NCBI GenBank assembly: GCA_017991835.1
Contig: JAGOPY010000005.1
Location: 155,487 to 219,486, forward strand
Reading direction: 5' to 3'
From: Bacteroidales bacterium
GTDB lineage: Bacteria; Bacteroidota; Bacteroidia; Bacteroidales; JAGOPY01
DNA: 64,000 bases
Every line of letters begins with the position of its first letter. The first letter of the stretch is position 1. Below, one piece after another: positions 47,720 through 58,081 of this stretch. The position numbers were made by a program, and so were the translations under genes. The notes beneath the pieces are model-generated. The model had not been told where the DNA came from, made no database searches, and saw nothing but the letters and a program-made list of their open reading frames with translations.

Positions 47720-47941
47720 ATGTACTGGACGCTGGAATTAGCTTCAAAGCTGGAAGATGCTCCCTGGCCGTGCACCAAGGAAGAGCTGATCGACTGGTGT
47801 ATCCGTTCAGGCGCCCCTGCCGAAGTGGTTGAGAACCTCAAGGAGTTGGAAGATGAGGGAGATATCTATGAAAGCATAGAGGATATCTGGCCGGATTATC
47901 CTACAAAGGAAGATTTTTTCTTCCATGAAGATGAGTACTGA
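47720..47941 (+). CDS. Small acidic DUF2795-like protein (73 aa)
   Basis: ...PWPCTKEELIDWCIRSGAPAEVVENLKELE... matches my memory of the DUF2795 pattern. Confidence 0.6.
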   Translation: MYWTLELASKLEDAPWPCTKEELIDWCIRSGAPAEVVENLKELEDEGDIYESIEDIWPDYPTKEDFFFHEDEY

Positions 47942-47964
47942 TCAAGAAATTTTTATTGGATAAA

Positions 47965-47996
47965 GGGGGCTGCCTTGCGATATGGCAGCCTTTTTT
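47965..47996 (+). terminator. Rho-independent terminator after the DUF2795-like gene
   Basis: GGCTGCC (47968-47974) pairs with GGCAGCC (47984-47990), followed by TTTTTT. It overlaps the convergent rsmD stop. Confidence 0.65.
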
Positions 47997-48528
47997 ATTT
48001 CCTGAAGAAGCTGAAGTTCACTTTCCCGTAATTGCGTTTCCGGTCAAATCCCGGCATTTGTGAAAAATCCTTTTCCGCCGGATGTTCAACGATAAGCCAG
48101 CCATTATCGGCTAGCAAATCTTTTTCGAAGATCAGCCGGATGACCTCTTCGATTCCTTCGAGATCATAGGGAGGATCGGCGAAGATCAGGTCAAAGCGGG
48201 CATTCGTATAGTTCAGGAACCCGATGGAAGAAGACCGGACAGCCTTAAGGGTGTCGAAGCCCAGCATGGTGGCTGTACTGGAAATAAACCTGACACAAGC
48301 CGGATTAATATCGATGGCAACCACCTTTTTACTTCCGCGGCTGGCAAACTCGTAGCTTATGCTGCCGGTACCGGCATAAAGGTCAAGCACAGCGATATCT
48401 TCAAAATAAATATGATTCTCCAGGATGTTGAAAAGGCTTTCTTTGGCCAGGTCGGTCGTCGGTCTGACCGGCAGGTTCGACGGCGCGACGATCTTTCGTC
48501 CCCGGTGGGTGCCTCGTATTATCCTCAT
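47995..48528 (-). CDS. rsmD: 16S rRNA (guanine966-N2)-methyltransferase
   Basis: MRIIRGTHRGRKI..PSNLPVRPTTD, LDLYAGTGS and FADPPY. Confidence 0.9.
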   Translation of the reverse strand: MRIIRGTHRGRKIVAPSNLPVRPTTDLAKESLFNILENHIYFEDIAVLDLYAGTGSISYEFASRGSKKVVAIDINPACVRFISSTATMLGFDTLKAVRSSSIGFLNYTNARFDLIFADPPYDLEGIEEVIRLIFEKDLLADNGWLIVEHPAEKDFSQMPGFDRKRNYGKVNFSFFRK

Positions 48529-49388
48529 AAAGCGAGCGAAAAAAGGTCTATGAAGCGGTGAGGAGCCATTTGCTTCAGAATCCCATGATAATCAAATAAC
48601 TGAATCGGATCTGCCACTTTCAGTTTTCCGACATACCTGTTCAGAAGCCGGGCTGTTTCGGAATCGGGTTGAAAATGGCCGGAAACTATAATGTCCAGGT
48701 CGCCGGGCCGCAACTTAAGCTGTTCGCAGGCATTGAGGATGAAATAGAGGATGTCCTCTTTTCCTGAATATGGATAAGCATTGCAAAGCACTGGCTGATT
48801 ATCCCGGAAAAATACCAGGTCGATGAAATTCTCCCTGATATTCATCGTGAACATCCCGGGCTCATCCGACTGCCGGTGTAGAGCAGAACCGGCTCTCAAC
48901 AAACCAGACATCCTGTTCATAATCAGCGAATCTTTAAATCTTTCCCGAATGAAACTGAATATCACATTGTCTATTTCAAAGACCAGATAAGCTGAAATTT
49001 CCGCAATCTTATCCGTCAGGACAATAGAATTTTCCTGTAGCCTGAAGTTAAAGGATAGAATTTCGCGGGCCCGGATGTCGTCGAATAAAGGGAAAGGAAC
49101 CAGTGTGAAGCGTTCCGAATCAATGCCGATAGTTACTGATGGGTATTTCCGGGCCAGGAAGTCGTCTTCTGAAAAAAGTCTCTCCAGGCCGGCCCTGAGC
49201 TCAGTGGATGATTTCGGCGCCGGACTGAAGGTATAGGAAGCAAGACCAACAAATGTATTCTTTTCCGTATCCAGGATAGTATATCTGACCGACGCATGAC
49301 CGACCAGCATATACAGCTGACTGAAGTAAGACGAAATATGACCGCTTTCCGGAGCAAAATACCTGTCGGAGAGAATAAATGCACTCAT
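48525..49388 (-). CDS. Hypothetical protein (DUF3822-like from memory), translationally coupled to rsmD
   Basis: 4-nt overlap with rsmD. The family name is recalled from Bacteroidota gene neighbourhoods and was not verified. Confidence 0.6.
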   Translation of the reverse strand: MSAFILSDRYFAPESGHISSYFSQLYMLVGHASVRYTILDTEKNTFVGLASYTFSPAPKSSTELRAGLERLFSEDDFLARKYPSVTIGIDSERFTLVPFPLFDDIRAREILSFNFRLQENSIVLTDKIAEISAYLVFEIDNVIFSFIRERFKDSLIMNRMSGLLRAGSALHRQSDEPGMFTMNIRENFIDLVFFRDNQPVLCNAYPYSGKEDILYFILNACEQLKLRPGDLDIIVSGHFQPDSETARLLNRYVGKLKVADPIQLFDYHGILKQMAPHRFIDLFSLAL

Positions 49389-49446
49389 AGCAGTAACGAA
49401 AGATCCCGGTATGATTTAATTTTCCGGGATCAACTCCATCCCGGGA

Positions 49447-50046
49447 CTATTCCCAGTTACCATCGGTGGAAGGTTCTTCCATCGACCCGATCTTCAGACC
49501 GGGATACTTTTCGATATCTTCCTTTGATTTGATTAGATTTATAACAAGCTGACGATCAAGACCTTTGAGGAAGGTTGAATAATGAGCTTTTATCTCATAA
49601 ACTCCCACTTTAATCCCGGACCTGTCGATTTCGCTGGCAGCGATCTCAAACAATTCTCCTCCAGAGAAAGGGATATAGCGAAGGGAATCCAGGTTGTAGC
49701 CCGGCCTGGCGCGGAACAGCGAGTCGGCTACTTTAACATAACCGAGCGTATCGTTGATGGTTTTGGTAAATGTGGTATCATTCGGATCGGGGATCATTTT
49801 TACCACGGGGATTTCACCGTTTCTTAGAAAACTGATAAGGGTATCGAAGCTGGCGGTGTATTTATTATGTTGCCTTTTATAAAACTGCTGGCTGGTCCTG
49901 AGATCAGAAAGTGTGGCGATTACCTTGGCTTCGCGAGCGCTGGTAGCTTTGTTAAACCTGACGGGTCTCAATATGCTTTCATAGATAAGATAAGCCAGAA
50001 CCACGATGATAACTGAAAGGACAACCTTGATAATCGTGTATTTCAT
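49447..50046 (-). CDS. Hypothetical membrane-anchored protein (199 aa)
   Basis: Single N-terminal TM segment (IIKVVLSVIIVVLAYLIY). Confidence 0.65.
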   Translation of the reverse strand: MKYTIIKVVLSVIIVVLAYLIYESILRPVRFNKATSAREAKVIATLSDLRTSQQFYKRQHNKYTASFDTLISFLRNGEIPVVKMIPDPNDTTFTKTINDTLGYVKVADSLFRARPGYNLDSLRYIPFSGGELFEIAASEIDRSGIKVGVYEIKAHYSTFLKGLDRQLVINLIKSKEDIEKYPGLKIGSMEEPSTDGNWE

Positions 50047-50171
50047 ATCAAAAAAGTTTGGTTTTATTGAAAAGCAAATGTATAAATTATTTTCTATCTC
50101 AAACGGATATTTATTGATTAAAAATAGGCGTTTTCTTCCTTTTCATTCCTTTACCCGGATTGCTTTAAATT

Positions 50172-50621
50172 TTACAGAAACTGGAATTCAGGAAGATCAT
50201 CCAGAAGTTTCAGGGAACCCGGATCATTGCCAACCTGGCAATAAACATGCTGAATCCCGTTCGACAAGACCAGGTATTTGACTTTCAGTGCCAGGTTATA
50301 CCGCACCGCCTGGTCGAGCACGGATTGCGTAACGGCAACTGCAGGCGACTTGAATTCGGCCAGCAGCAGGGCATTGCCGTTACGGTCGCTGACAACCAGG
50401 TCGAAACGCTTTTTAGTCCTGAACAACTTGATAACAGCTTCGATGCGGATAAGTGAGACAGGTACGTTCTTATAACCGTTAAGGTACCGGATGGCATGTT
50501 GCCTGACCCATTCCTCCGGTGTCAGAGCCACAAACCGCCTTCTGACGGGATCAAAGATCAACTCTTTTCCATCACGGATTTCGCGTTTGAATTCAAATTC
50601 GGGGAAATTCAGTTTTATCAT
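50172..50621 (-). CDS. Stand-alone type I restriction enzyme HsdR N-terminal domain protein
   Basis: MIKLNFPEFEFK...FVALTPEEWVRQ...LLAEFKSP...YLVLSNG matches the HSDR_N-type pattern. The ORF track extends to 50708. Confidence 0.7.
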   Translation of the reverse strand: MIKLNFPEFEFKREIRDGKELIFDPVRRRFVALTPEEWVRQHAIRYLNGYKNVPVSLIRIEAVIKLFRTKKRFDLVVSDRNGNALLLAEFKSPAVAVTQSVLDQAVRYNLALKVKYLVLSNGIQHVYCQVGNDPGSLKLLDDLPEFQFL

Positions 50622-50657
50622 TATTTTCGGGGAGTTCTCCAGCACGGAATTCCATCT

Positions 50658-50665
50658 CAAAATTA
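50658..50665 (-). promoter_or_regulatory. -7 promoter box (caaaatta on plus) for the HsdR_N-domain gene
   Basis: Exact TAnnTTTG on the minus strand, 37 nt upstream of the ATG at 50621. Confidence 0.35.
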
Positions 50666-50675
50666 ACAAAAATCC

Positions 50676-50683
50676 TACCTTTG
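50676..50683 (+). promoter_or_regulatory. -7 promoter box TAnnTTTG (tacctttg) for the AMP nucleosidase gene
   Basis: Exact match 15 nt upstream of the ATG at 50698. Confidence 0.4.
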
Positions 50684-50697
50684 CAAAAACGGAACGG

Positions 50698-51468
50698 ATG
50701 AAGACCAAAGAGGAGATTGTGAAAAACTGGCTGCCGCGTTATACAGGCCGGTCGTTGGAAGATTTCGGAAAGTACATCCTGCTAACCAACTTCGATCATT
50801 ACGTTGAGTTGTTTGCAAACCTCCACAACGTTGAGATCACGGGACTTGACCGCCCCATGCCCAATGCGACAGCCGGCGGAATAACGATCATCAATTTTGG
50901 TATGGGGAGCGCGAATGCCGCAACGATCATGGATTTGTTGTCGGCCATCGAACCCAAAGCAATGCTGTTTATTGGCAAATGCGGCGGACTGAAGAAAAAG
51001 AACGAGATAGGCGATCTGATCCTTCCTATAGCGGCCATTCGCGGCGAAGGGACCTCCAACGATTATTTTCCTCCCGAGGTGCCGGCATTGCCCGCATTCA
51101 ACCTGCAGAAAGCCGTTTCGACCACCATCCGCGAATATAACCACGACTATTGGACAGGCACGGTTTACACTACTAACCGGCGGGTATGGGAATATGACGA
51201 GGAGTTCAAGGAGCGGCTCCGCAGAATGAGATGTATGGCGATCGATATGGAGACCGCTACCCTCTTCATCGCCGGCTTTGCCAACAGCATTCCGTCGGGC
51301 GCCCTGCTGCTGGTCAGCGACCAGCCCATGATCCCTGAAGGGATTAAAACCGAGGAAACCGACAGGCAGGTCATCCGTGACCATGTGGAAACTCACCTTC
51401 GGATCGGTATCGATTCACTGCAGTTGTTGATTAACGACGGGCTCACTGTCAAGCACTTACGCTTCTGA
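50698..51468 (+). CDS. amn: AMP nucleosidase (short PNP_UDP_1-family form)
   Basis: MKTKEEIVKNWLPRYTG...ILLTNFDHYV...INFGMGSANAATIMDLL...MAIDMETAT. The ORF-track start at 50491 is upstream read-through. Confidence 0.8.
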   Translation: MKTKEEIVKNWLPRYTGRSLEDFGKYILLTNFDHYVELFANLHNVEITGLDRPMPNATAGGITIINFGMGSANAATIMDLLSAIEPKAMLFIGKCGGLKKKNEIGDLILPIAAIRGEGTSNDYFPPEVPALPAFNLQKAVSTTIREYNHDYWTGTVYTTNRRVWEYDEEFKERLRRMRCMAIDMETATLFIAGFANSIPSGALLLVSDQPMIPEGIKTEETDRQVIRDHVETHLRIGIDSLQLLINDGLTVKHLRF

Positions 51469-51473
51469 TCACT

Positions 51474-52472
51474 ATGACTTACGACCAGATCACAGGTGAC
51501 CTCCGGCGAAAGATCTACCGTCCCGTTTACCTTCTTCATGGAGAAGAGCCCTATTTTATCGATGCCATCACCGCGATGATCGAGGAGAGCGTGCTGACCG
51601 AATCCGAAAGAGAGTTCAACCAGACCATTGTATATGGACGTGATACCGATCCGGGTAAGATCATCGACATAGCCCGGCGCTTTCCTATGATGGCCAATTA
51701 CCAGGTAGTGATCGTAAAAGAAGCGCAGGATATCGATAAAATCGAAAACCTGAAGCCCTATGTCGAGAAACCGGTTCCGACCACCATCCTGGTACTTGCG
51801 CATAAACACAAGAAACTCGACCAGCGGAAAGGCTTGACCAAAATCGTTGAAAAAACGGGAGTATTATTCGAGTCGAAGAAATTATACGATGATAAGATTC
51901 CGGCGTGGATCAATGGGCAGGTCCAGGCCAAAGGCTACACGATCAAACCGGATGCCTGCCAGTTGCTGGCCGAATACCTGGGCGCCGACCTGGGCCGGAT
52001 CATCAATGAGCTGGAAAAGCTGGTCATCAGCCTTCCAGGCGGCACCGCCATCGATGCGGCCCTGATCGAGAGGAACATCGGCATCAGCAAAGATTACAAT
52101 TTCATCGAGCTTCAGAATGCTATCGGTAACCGCGATATTCACAAAGCTAACCGCATTGTGAACCATTTTACGGCCAACCTGAAGCAGAATCCGACCATCG
52201 CGCTCGTTGCCATTTTATATGGTTTCTTCATAAAACTGATGATTTACCATCAATTGAAAGATAAATCCCCAAAAAACGCTGCATCTGACATGGGGATCCA
52301 CCCCTTCTTTTATAAAGATTATGAAAAAGCGGCAAAGAATTACAGCTTTCGCCGGATAAGACCCATCATCGCTGTGTTACGCGAATATGACCTGCGGCTT
52401 AAGGGGGTGAACAACGGTTCTACGGAGGAGGCAGGGCTGCTCAGGGAATTGGTTTACAAGATCATGCACTGA
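51474..52472 (+). CDS. holA: DNA polymerase III subunit delta
   Basis: PVYLLHGEEPYFID...QVVIVKEAQ... and a length of 332 aa. Confidence 0.88.
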   Translation: MTYDQITGDLRRKIYRPVYLLHGEEPYFIDAITAMIEESVLTESEREFNQTIVYGRDTDPGKIIDIARRFPMMANYQVVIVKEAQDIDKIENLKPYVEKPVPTTILVLAHKHKKLDQRKGLTKIVEKTGVLFESKKLYDDKIPAWINGQVQAKGYTIKPDACQLLAEYLGADLGRIINELEKLVISLPGGTAIDAALIERNIGISKDYNFIELQNAIGNRDIHKANRIVNHFTANLKQNPTIALVAILYGFFIKLMIYHQLKDKSPKNAASDMGIHPFFYKDYEKAAKNYSFRRIRPIIAVLREYDLRLKGVNNGSTEEAGLLRELVYKIMH

Positions 52473-52475
52473 GAT

Positions 52476-54239
52476 CTAGCGGAAAAGCCTGCTGACTTCT
52501 TCCTTATATTTATCGAGGATATATGACCGCTTAAGCTTGAGGTTTGCCGTCAGCTCCCCTGTTTCAAGGCTCCATTCATGGTCGATCAGTTCGAAGCTTT
52601 GAATCTGCTCTGTGCTGCCGAAGAATTTGTTGAAATGATCGATCTCTTTCTTGAACCGTTTAACCACCAGCGGATTTTTAATCATCTCTTTATCAGTTGT
52701 ATAAGGCATATTCTTATGTTCACACCACGATTTGAGGTGGTTAAAATCGGGAACGACCAGCGCTGCTGCGTACTTCTGATTTTCGCCCAGGATAAGGATG
52801 CCATCGATAAAGGCTGATTCTTTGAATTTATTTTCGAGCAACTGGGGGCTGATATATTTCCCCAGCGATGTTTTAAAGATTTCTTTTTTCCTTCCGGTGA
52901 TCCGCAGGTGTCCTTCGGGTTCGAGGATTCCCACATCTCCGGTATGGAACCAGCCGTCGGCATCGATCGCTTCAGCGGTCATACCCGGTTCTTTGAAATA
53001 CCCCTGCATGATATTGGCTCCCCGGGCCAGGATCTCCCCATCCGGTCCAATTTTCACCTCTGTGTTTTTCAGGGGTTTACCAACCGTTCCGAACATTCGG
53101 CCACCCTCTTCCAGCGTGTTCACGGCCAGCACAGGGGAAGTTTCCGTCAGGCCATACCCTTCGAGAACAGGGATGCCGGCAGCGGTGTAAACGCGGGCAA
53201 GACGGGGCTGAAGGGCGGCGCCGCCCGAAACGATCACACGGACATTCCCGCCAAGGGCCTCTCTCCACTTAACGAACACCAGTTTATTGGCCAGACGGAG
53301 CTGTGCATGATAGAGCCAGCCTTTCCCTTCGAGTTCATAACGGTTGGCCAGGCTCACAGCCCAGAAAAATATCGCCTTCTTAAATCCCTTTAGCTGGCTG
53401 CCTTTAGCAATGATCTTATCATAGACCTTTTCGAGCAGCCGGGGAACGGTCGTAAATATCTCGGGCCTGATCTCGCGGATGTTATCGGCGATAGTGCCCA
53501 TATTCTCAGCGTAATAAATCGAAAGCCCAAGATAGTGATAGGTATAAATGTCCATCCGCTCATAGACGTGGCAAAGCGGCAGATAACTGAGGCCTTTGCA
53601 GTTCTCATCCACCGGAAAGATGTGTTTGACGCCCATGACATTGCTCAACAGGTTCCGGTGCGAAAGCATGACTCCTTTCGGAAATCCCGTGGTGCCGGAA
53701 GTATATATCAGGGTAGCCAGATCGTCAGGGTTTACCGCTTCTTTTAATTTTTCCAGTTTTTCCGGTTGGCGATTGGTTTGGCCAAGGGCTATCAACTCGT
53801 CAAGGTGTTTGATCCCCTCAATGGCTTTAAAAGTATAAACATCCTGAACAGTATCAATTTCCGGAAGAATGTGCTCGATTTTCCGAAGAATATCCCTTCC
53901 GGAGATAAATACAAAACTGACTTCGGAGTGTTTGAGAATGTATTTGTAATCCGACTCGCTTATCGTCGGATAGATCGGAACGTGAACGGCCCCGATCTGT
54001 AAAATTGCCATGTCAACGAAATTCCATTCCGGGCGGTTGTTGGAGATCGTAGCGATCTTATCTCCGGGCCGCACCCCGAGTTTCAGCAACCCATGGCTGA
54101 TATTGTTCACATTCTCAATATACTGGTCGATCGAATACTTAATCCATTTACCACCATCTTTACCTGCCAGTACATCATCTTTTGGTTTAAAAGAAGTCTT
54201 GTAAAAAGGAAGAAGATCAAAGAGTCTGGTTACTTCCAT
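52476..54239 (-). CDS. Long-chain fatty acid-CoA ligase (AMP-dependent synthetase)
   Basis: IYTSGTTGFPKGVMLSHRN, GYGLTET, and TGD...GRKKEIFK. Confidence 0.9.
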   Translation of the reverse strand: MEVTRLFDLLPFYKTSFKPKDDVLAGKDGGKWIKYSIDQYIENVNNISHGLLKLGVRPGDKIATISNNRPEWNFVDMAILQIGAVHVPIYPTISESDYKYILKHSEVSFVFISGRDILRKIEHILPEIDTVQDVYTFKAIEGIKHLDELIALGQTNRQPEKLEKLKEAVNPDDLATLIYTSGTTGFPKGVMLSHRNLLSNVMGVKHIFPVDENCKGLSYLPLCHVYERMDIYTYHYLGLSIYYAENMGTIADNIREIRPEIFTTVPRLLEKVYDKIIAKGSQLKGFKKAIFFWAVSLANRYELEGKGWLYHAQLRLANKLVFVKWREALGGNVRVIVSGGAALQPRLARVYTAAGIPVLEGYGLTETSPVLAVNTLEEGGRMFGTVGKPLKNTEVKIGPDGEILARGANIMQGYFKEPGMTAEAIDADGWFHTGDVGILEPEGHLRITGRKKEIFKTSLGKYISPQLLENKFKESAFIDGILILGENQKYAAALVVPDFNHLKSWCEHKNMPYTTDKEMIKNPLVVKRFKKEIDHFNKFFGSTEQIQSFELIDHEWSLETGELTANLKLKRSYILDKYKEEVSRLFR

Positions 54240-54268
54240 GTGGTTTGATTTGGGATCTAAAAAGCGCG

Positions 54269-54276
54269 CAAAGATA
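54269..54276 (-). promoter_or_regulatory. -7 promoter box (caaagata on plus) for the acyl-CoA ligase gene
   Basis: Exact TAnnTTTG on the minus strand, 30 nt upstream of the ATG at 54239. Confidence 0.4.
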
Positions 54277-54368
54277 TAAAAATATTTCCTATATAGTATT
54301 TTATATATGAGCTACTTAAAAAGAGGCCTAAAAGTAATAAATCTTGAAATGAAAAAATCAAGAATAAA

Positions 54369-55127
54369 TCACATTTTATTAAAAGTTGTTGCATTCGCCT
54401 GCGCCTGTGGCATTACAAGGATATCATTGATGTTGACCCTCGGCGGAAGCGAGGAGATAAAATGTATGACCGCAGCAATATCTTCTGCCACCAGCGGTTC
54501 ATAGCCTTTATAAACCATCCCGGCCCGGTCGTGATCGCCTTTGAAACGCACCAGGGAGAATTCCGTTTCCACGGCGCCGGGGCTGACCTGGGTCACTTTA
54601 ATGCCATGGGGGAGCAAATCGATCCGCATCCCTTTGGTGAGGGCATCCACGGCATGCTTGGTGGCGCAATAGACGCTACCTTTCGGGTACACTTCTTTTC
54701 CGGCGATGGATCCAATGTTGAAAATATGCCCCTTGCCCCTTTCGATCATCCAGGGGATCACTTTATGGGAAATGTACAGCAAACCCTTCACATTGGTATC
54801 GATCATGGTATCCCAGTCGTCGGTCGAAGCCGTGTTCACCGGATCCAGCCCGGCAGCCAGGCCGGCATTATTGACCAGGATATCGATCGCTTTCCATTCT
54901 TCGGGGAGGCTATCGAGACTCTTCTCCATAGCTGATCTATCGCGGATATCAAATGCCAGGCAAACAGTTTCGGTGTTGTATTTTTCCTTGAGCCCGGATG
55001 CAATATCCTGCAGGATTTTTATTCTCCGGCCTGTGATGATCAGGCGATGGCCCTCCTGGGCAAACCGGAATGCAGTTGCTTTTCCTATCCCAGCCGTTGC
55101 GCCGGTAATGAGTATGGTTTTTATCAT
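54369..55127 (-). CDS. SDR-family NAD(P)-dependent oxidoreductase
   Basis: TGATAGIGKA, NNAG and YCATKHAV (YxxxK). Confidence 0.9.
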   Translation of the reverse strand: MIKTILITGATAGIGKATAFRFAQEGHRLIITGRRIKILQDIASGLKEKYNTETVCLAFDIRDRSAMEKSLDSLPEEWKAIDILVNNAGLAAGLDPVNTASTDDWDTMIDTNVKGLLYISHKVIPWMIERGKGHIFNIGSIAGKEVYPKGSVYCATKHAVDALTKGMRIDLLPHGIKVTQVSPGAVETEFSLVRFKGDHDRAGMVYKGYEPLVAEDIAAVIHFISSLPPRVNINDILVMPQAQANATTFNKM

Positions 55128-55132
55128 GAGGT

Positions 55133-55999
55133 TTATTTATATGGATCTACGAGATATTTCCGGAACCAGCCGATGGTTTCCCTGGTGCTTTCTTCATAAT
55201 ATTTTCCTTTGGCGCCGTAGCTGTTGCCGTGTCCCATGCCTTCATAGACGATCAGTTGCGAAACCACGCTATTTTCCTCCAGCGCAGCGATCATCCGTTC
55301 CGATTGCCTGGGCGCAACGACAAAATCTTTATCACCGTGTATCAGCAATGTCGGAGGGTCATCAGGGCTGGCGAAAAGCACGGGGGATATTCCGGCTGCC
55401 AGGGTGGTATCAAAGTCGAATGCGGGGAACATGGTTTTCATGAAGTCGGGGATATTCCTCAGGTCGACCGGCGGGAAGAAAGCGACAATAGCGCTGACCG
55501 GGTGCCTGTCGCCCGAAAGGCCGGCCATAAGTGAAAGATGGCCGCCGGAGCTGCCTCCGAAAATGCCCAGCCTCAGTGAATCGACGCCAAAACGGTGCGC
55601 ATTCCTGCGGATTTGCCATGATCCCAGGATGACGTCGTCGACGGTCTCAGGGAGCTTGAAAGTCGGGCTGCTGCCATGGCGCAAGGCAAAAACGGCAAAT
55701 CCCGAGTCGAGGTAAGGCTTGTAATCTTCAATGACTGAGTCGGGCGGGTTATAGCGGGAATTCCATCCCCCGCTGACCAGGTGGATGAGGCCTGCTCCGT
55801 TGGCCGGTCCGGCTGGCTGGAAGACATCGTAGGTTAACGCCATTCCCGCCTTATGGCCATAAACCACATCGGGTGTAATACGGTATCCACCCTGGGTAAA
55901 GGCCAGAAGCGGGCTAATAATCATGGCAAGAAGTAACTTCTTACGGGTCAGGGAGCTGAGCTTTTCCTTCCGACGGGTTAATATATATTCAGTTTTCAT
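55133..55999 (-). CDS. Secreted alpha/beta hydrolase (esterase/lipase-like)
   Basis: Signal-like N-terminus, the GGSSGGH nucleophile elbow, and HGDKD...GMGH. Confidence 0.8.
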   Translation of the reverse strand: MKTEYILTRRKEKLSSLTRKKLLLAMIISPLLAFTQGGYRITPDVVYGHKAGMALTYDVFQPAGPANGAGLIHLVSGGWNSRYNPPDSVIEDYKPYLDSGFAVFALRHGSSPTFKLPETVDDVILGSWQIRRNAHRFGVDSLRLGIFGGSSGGHLSLMAGLSGDRHPVSAIVAFFPPVDLRNIPDFMKTMFPAFDFDTTLAAGISPVLFASPDDPPTLLIHGDKDFVVAPRQSERMIAALEENSVVSQLIVYEGMGHGNSYGAKGKYYEESTRETIGWFRKYLVDPYK

Positions 56000-56037
56000 G
56001 GCGGTATAACAAACAGAAATGGATGTTTGTTAAAGGA

Positions 56038-56949
56038 TTATCTGAAAAATTTCAATGGCAGCAGCATCGGTGTGTTCTTCCGGTATTCCGTGTATCCTTC
56101 CCTGCGCTGAAGGTTGCGTTTTTCAATCATAGGGATGCTGGCGAAAATGAACATCAGGGTTATGGCGACCGGGCCGGCCAGTGTCCACCAGAAATGGCAG
56201 CCTGCGGCAATGGCAAATAAAGCCAGCCCCCACCAGGTACTGATCTCTCCCAGGTAATTGGGATGGCGGCTTAAGCGCCACAGGCCGGACATGATCGTTT
56301 TTCCCTTGTTTGAGCTGTCTTTTCTGAAGTTCCTGAGCTGTTCATCCGCAACAAATACATAAACCACGCTTCCAAAAAGGATCAGGGCGGCCGGGATATC
56401 CCAGATATTCAGTGCCCTTCCTTCACCGGAAAATACGGCAAACATAGCCATGCACCCAAGGTAGACCATAATGGTCGGGAACAGGTGGATTGCCAGGAAA
56501 CTCACCACCCAGTATGCTTTTCCGCTGGATTTCCTGAAATTTACATAGCGCCAGTCTTCATGATGGAACCCGGGCCAGTCGCGGTAAAAATTCGAAGTAA
56601 GACGAAGGGCATACAGAAAAATGCCGGCAAGAACCAGCAACTGCCTGATGGTCAGGTTATCAAGATGAAATATAAAAACATAAGCTGCCGCGATCACGAT
56701 AGGTTTTACACTCCAATAGGGATCATAAGCGGAGGAATTGTTCAGGATGACCGAAAACAGAAAGACGACCACGGTGGCTGCCAGGTCTCCTGCCCCAATC
56801 ATGACCAAGGGATGATGACCGGTGAATAACCTTGCAATAAGCGCTGCGGTTATGCCGGCGATAATGTAGATCAACAGGCTGAGCACAATGCTCTGAAACC
56901 TGCTTAGTGAAGTGCTTTTCTGTTTCATTTTTAATTCATTTGCCATCAA
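56038..56949 (-). CDS. DUF1295 / steroid 5-alpha-reductase-like membrane protein
   Basis: Polytopic, with the RHPNYLGEISTWWG motif. Confidence 0.8.
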   Translation of the reverse strand: MMANELKMKQKSTSLSRFQSIVLSLLIYIIAGITAALIARLFTGHHPLVMIGAGDLAATVVVFLFSVILNNSSAYDPYWSVKPIVIAAAYVFIFHLDNLTIRQLLVLAGIFLYALRLTSNFYRDWPGFHHEDWRYVNFRKSSGKAYWVVSFLAIHLFPTIMVYLGCMAMFAVFSGEGRALNIWDIPAALILFGSVVYVFVADEQLRNFRKDSSNKGKTIMSGLWRLSRHPNYLGEISTWWGLALFAIAAGCHFWWTLAGPVAITLMFIFASIPMIEKRNLQRREGYTEYRKNTPMLLPLKFFR

Positions 56950-57061
56950 GCTACCACATCATTATAATTCACCAAAATTAATAATTCAATGACAGTTCCT
57001 GATAACATATAAATTCAATAGGATTTTTGACATGACATAGTTTGTCGAATGAAACTAACTC

Positions 57062-57103
57062 ATTAATAATTAAGCATTAAGAATTAAGAATTAAGCATTA
57101 AAA
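57062..57103. repeat. Heptamer array attaagM x6, ending 1 nt before the msrB/A stop codon
   Basis: Units are attaata, attaagc, attaaga, attaaga, attaagc, attaaaa. Confidence 0.85.
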
Positions 57104-57104
57104 A

Positions 57105-58046
57105 CTAGAATCTCTTCGTATATCCATGGCAATAGGGCAAGGTGCCTTTATTGTCGTAATAATCCTGGTGGTAATTTTCTGCCGGCCAGAAGGTTGTCGC
57201 TTTTGTGACTTTCGTGGCCACTTTGAAGCCTTTGTTTTTGAGGATTCCGATAAGGTTTTCAGTGATTATCTTCTGATTTTCATCCAGGTAAAAAATTTCG
57301 GAACGGTACTGTGCGCCGACATCGGGACCCTGGCGGTTGACCTGGGTCGGGTCGTGGATTTCGAAGAAGAGGCGGGCCAGTTCTTCGTAAGACACTTTAG
57401 AAGGATCGAAGGTAATCTCTACTGCTTCGGCATGGCCGGTGGTTCCCTTGCAGACCTCCTGGTAGGTAGGATTATCTTTATGTCCGCCGATATAACCCGA
57501 AACGACCGAGATCACACCCGGTTTCTTCTGCATATAGTATTCGACGCCCCAAAAGCATCCTCCGGCGAATATTGCCCGGTTTACGGCCTGATTGGCCGCT
57601 TCTGAATCAGGAATAAAATTCATAGAGATGGAATTTACGCAATGACGTGTGTTTTTATCTGTAAAGCCTTCATCCAGGAAGACGTGCCCCAGGTGTCCGC
57701 CGCAACTGGCGCAGATGATCTCTGTCCGCATACCATCGGGATCGGGAATCCTTTTGACTGCCCCTTTGATCTCATCGTCGAAGCTGGGCCATCCGCAGTG
57801 GGAGTCGAACTTATCTTCCGACCTGTAAAGCGGGGCGTCACACCGGCGGCAGGTATAAGTACCTGTTTCTTTATTGTTCAGGTATTTTCCAGTCCACGGG
57901 CGCTCAGTCCCTTTTTGGATGATGATATATTCTTCCTCCGGGGTTAACTTATTGTATTTCATATTGTTTTGCGAAAATATAATGGTTGGGATGATGGAGA
58001 CTAAAACGATTACAGCTTGCCGGATCATTATCATCAATTTTAACAC
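57105..58046 (-). CDS. Exported bifunctional methionine sulfoxide reductase MsrB-MsrA
   Basis: N-terminal signal/TM segment, MsrB motifs (CRRCDAPLY, HCGWPSF, RHCVNS), then MsrA GGCFWGVE. Confidence 0.9.
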   Translation of the reverse strand: MLKLMIMIRQAVIVLVSIIPTIIFSQNNMKYNKLTPEEEYIIIQKGTERPWTGKYLNNKETGTYTCRRCDAPLYRSEDKFDSHCGWPSFDDEIKGAVKRIPDPDGMRTEIICASCGGHLGHVFLDEGFTDKNTRHCVNSISMNFIPDSEAANQAVNRAIFAGGCFWGVEYYMQKKPGVISVVSGYIGGHKDNPTYQEVCKGTTGHAEAVEITFDPSKVSYEELARLFFEIHDPTQVNRQGPDVGAQYRSEIFYLDENQKIITENLIGILKNKGFKVATKVTKATTFWPAENYHQDYYDNKGTLPYCHGYTKRF

Positions 58047-58081
58047 CTAACCGTTTTGTGCCAATTTTGTTTAAAAATTTG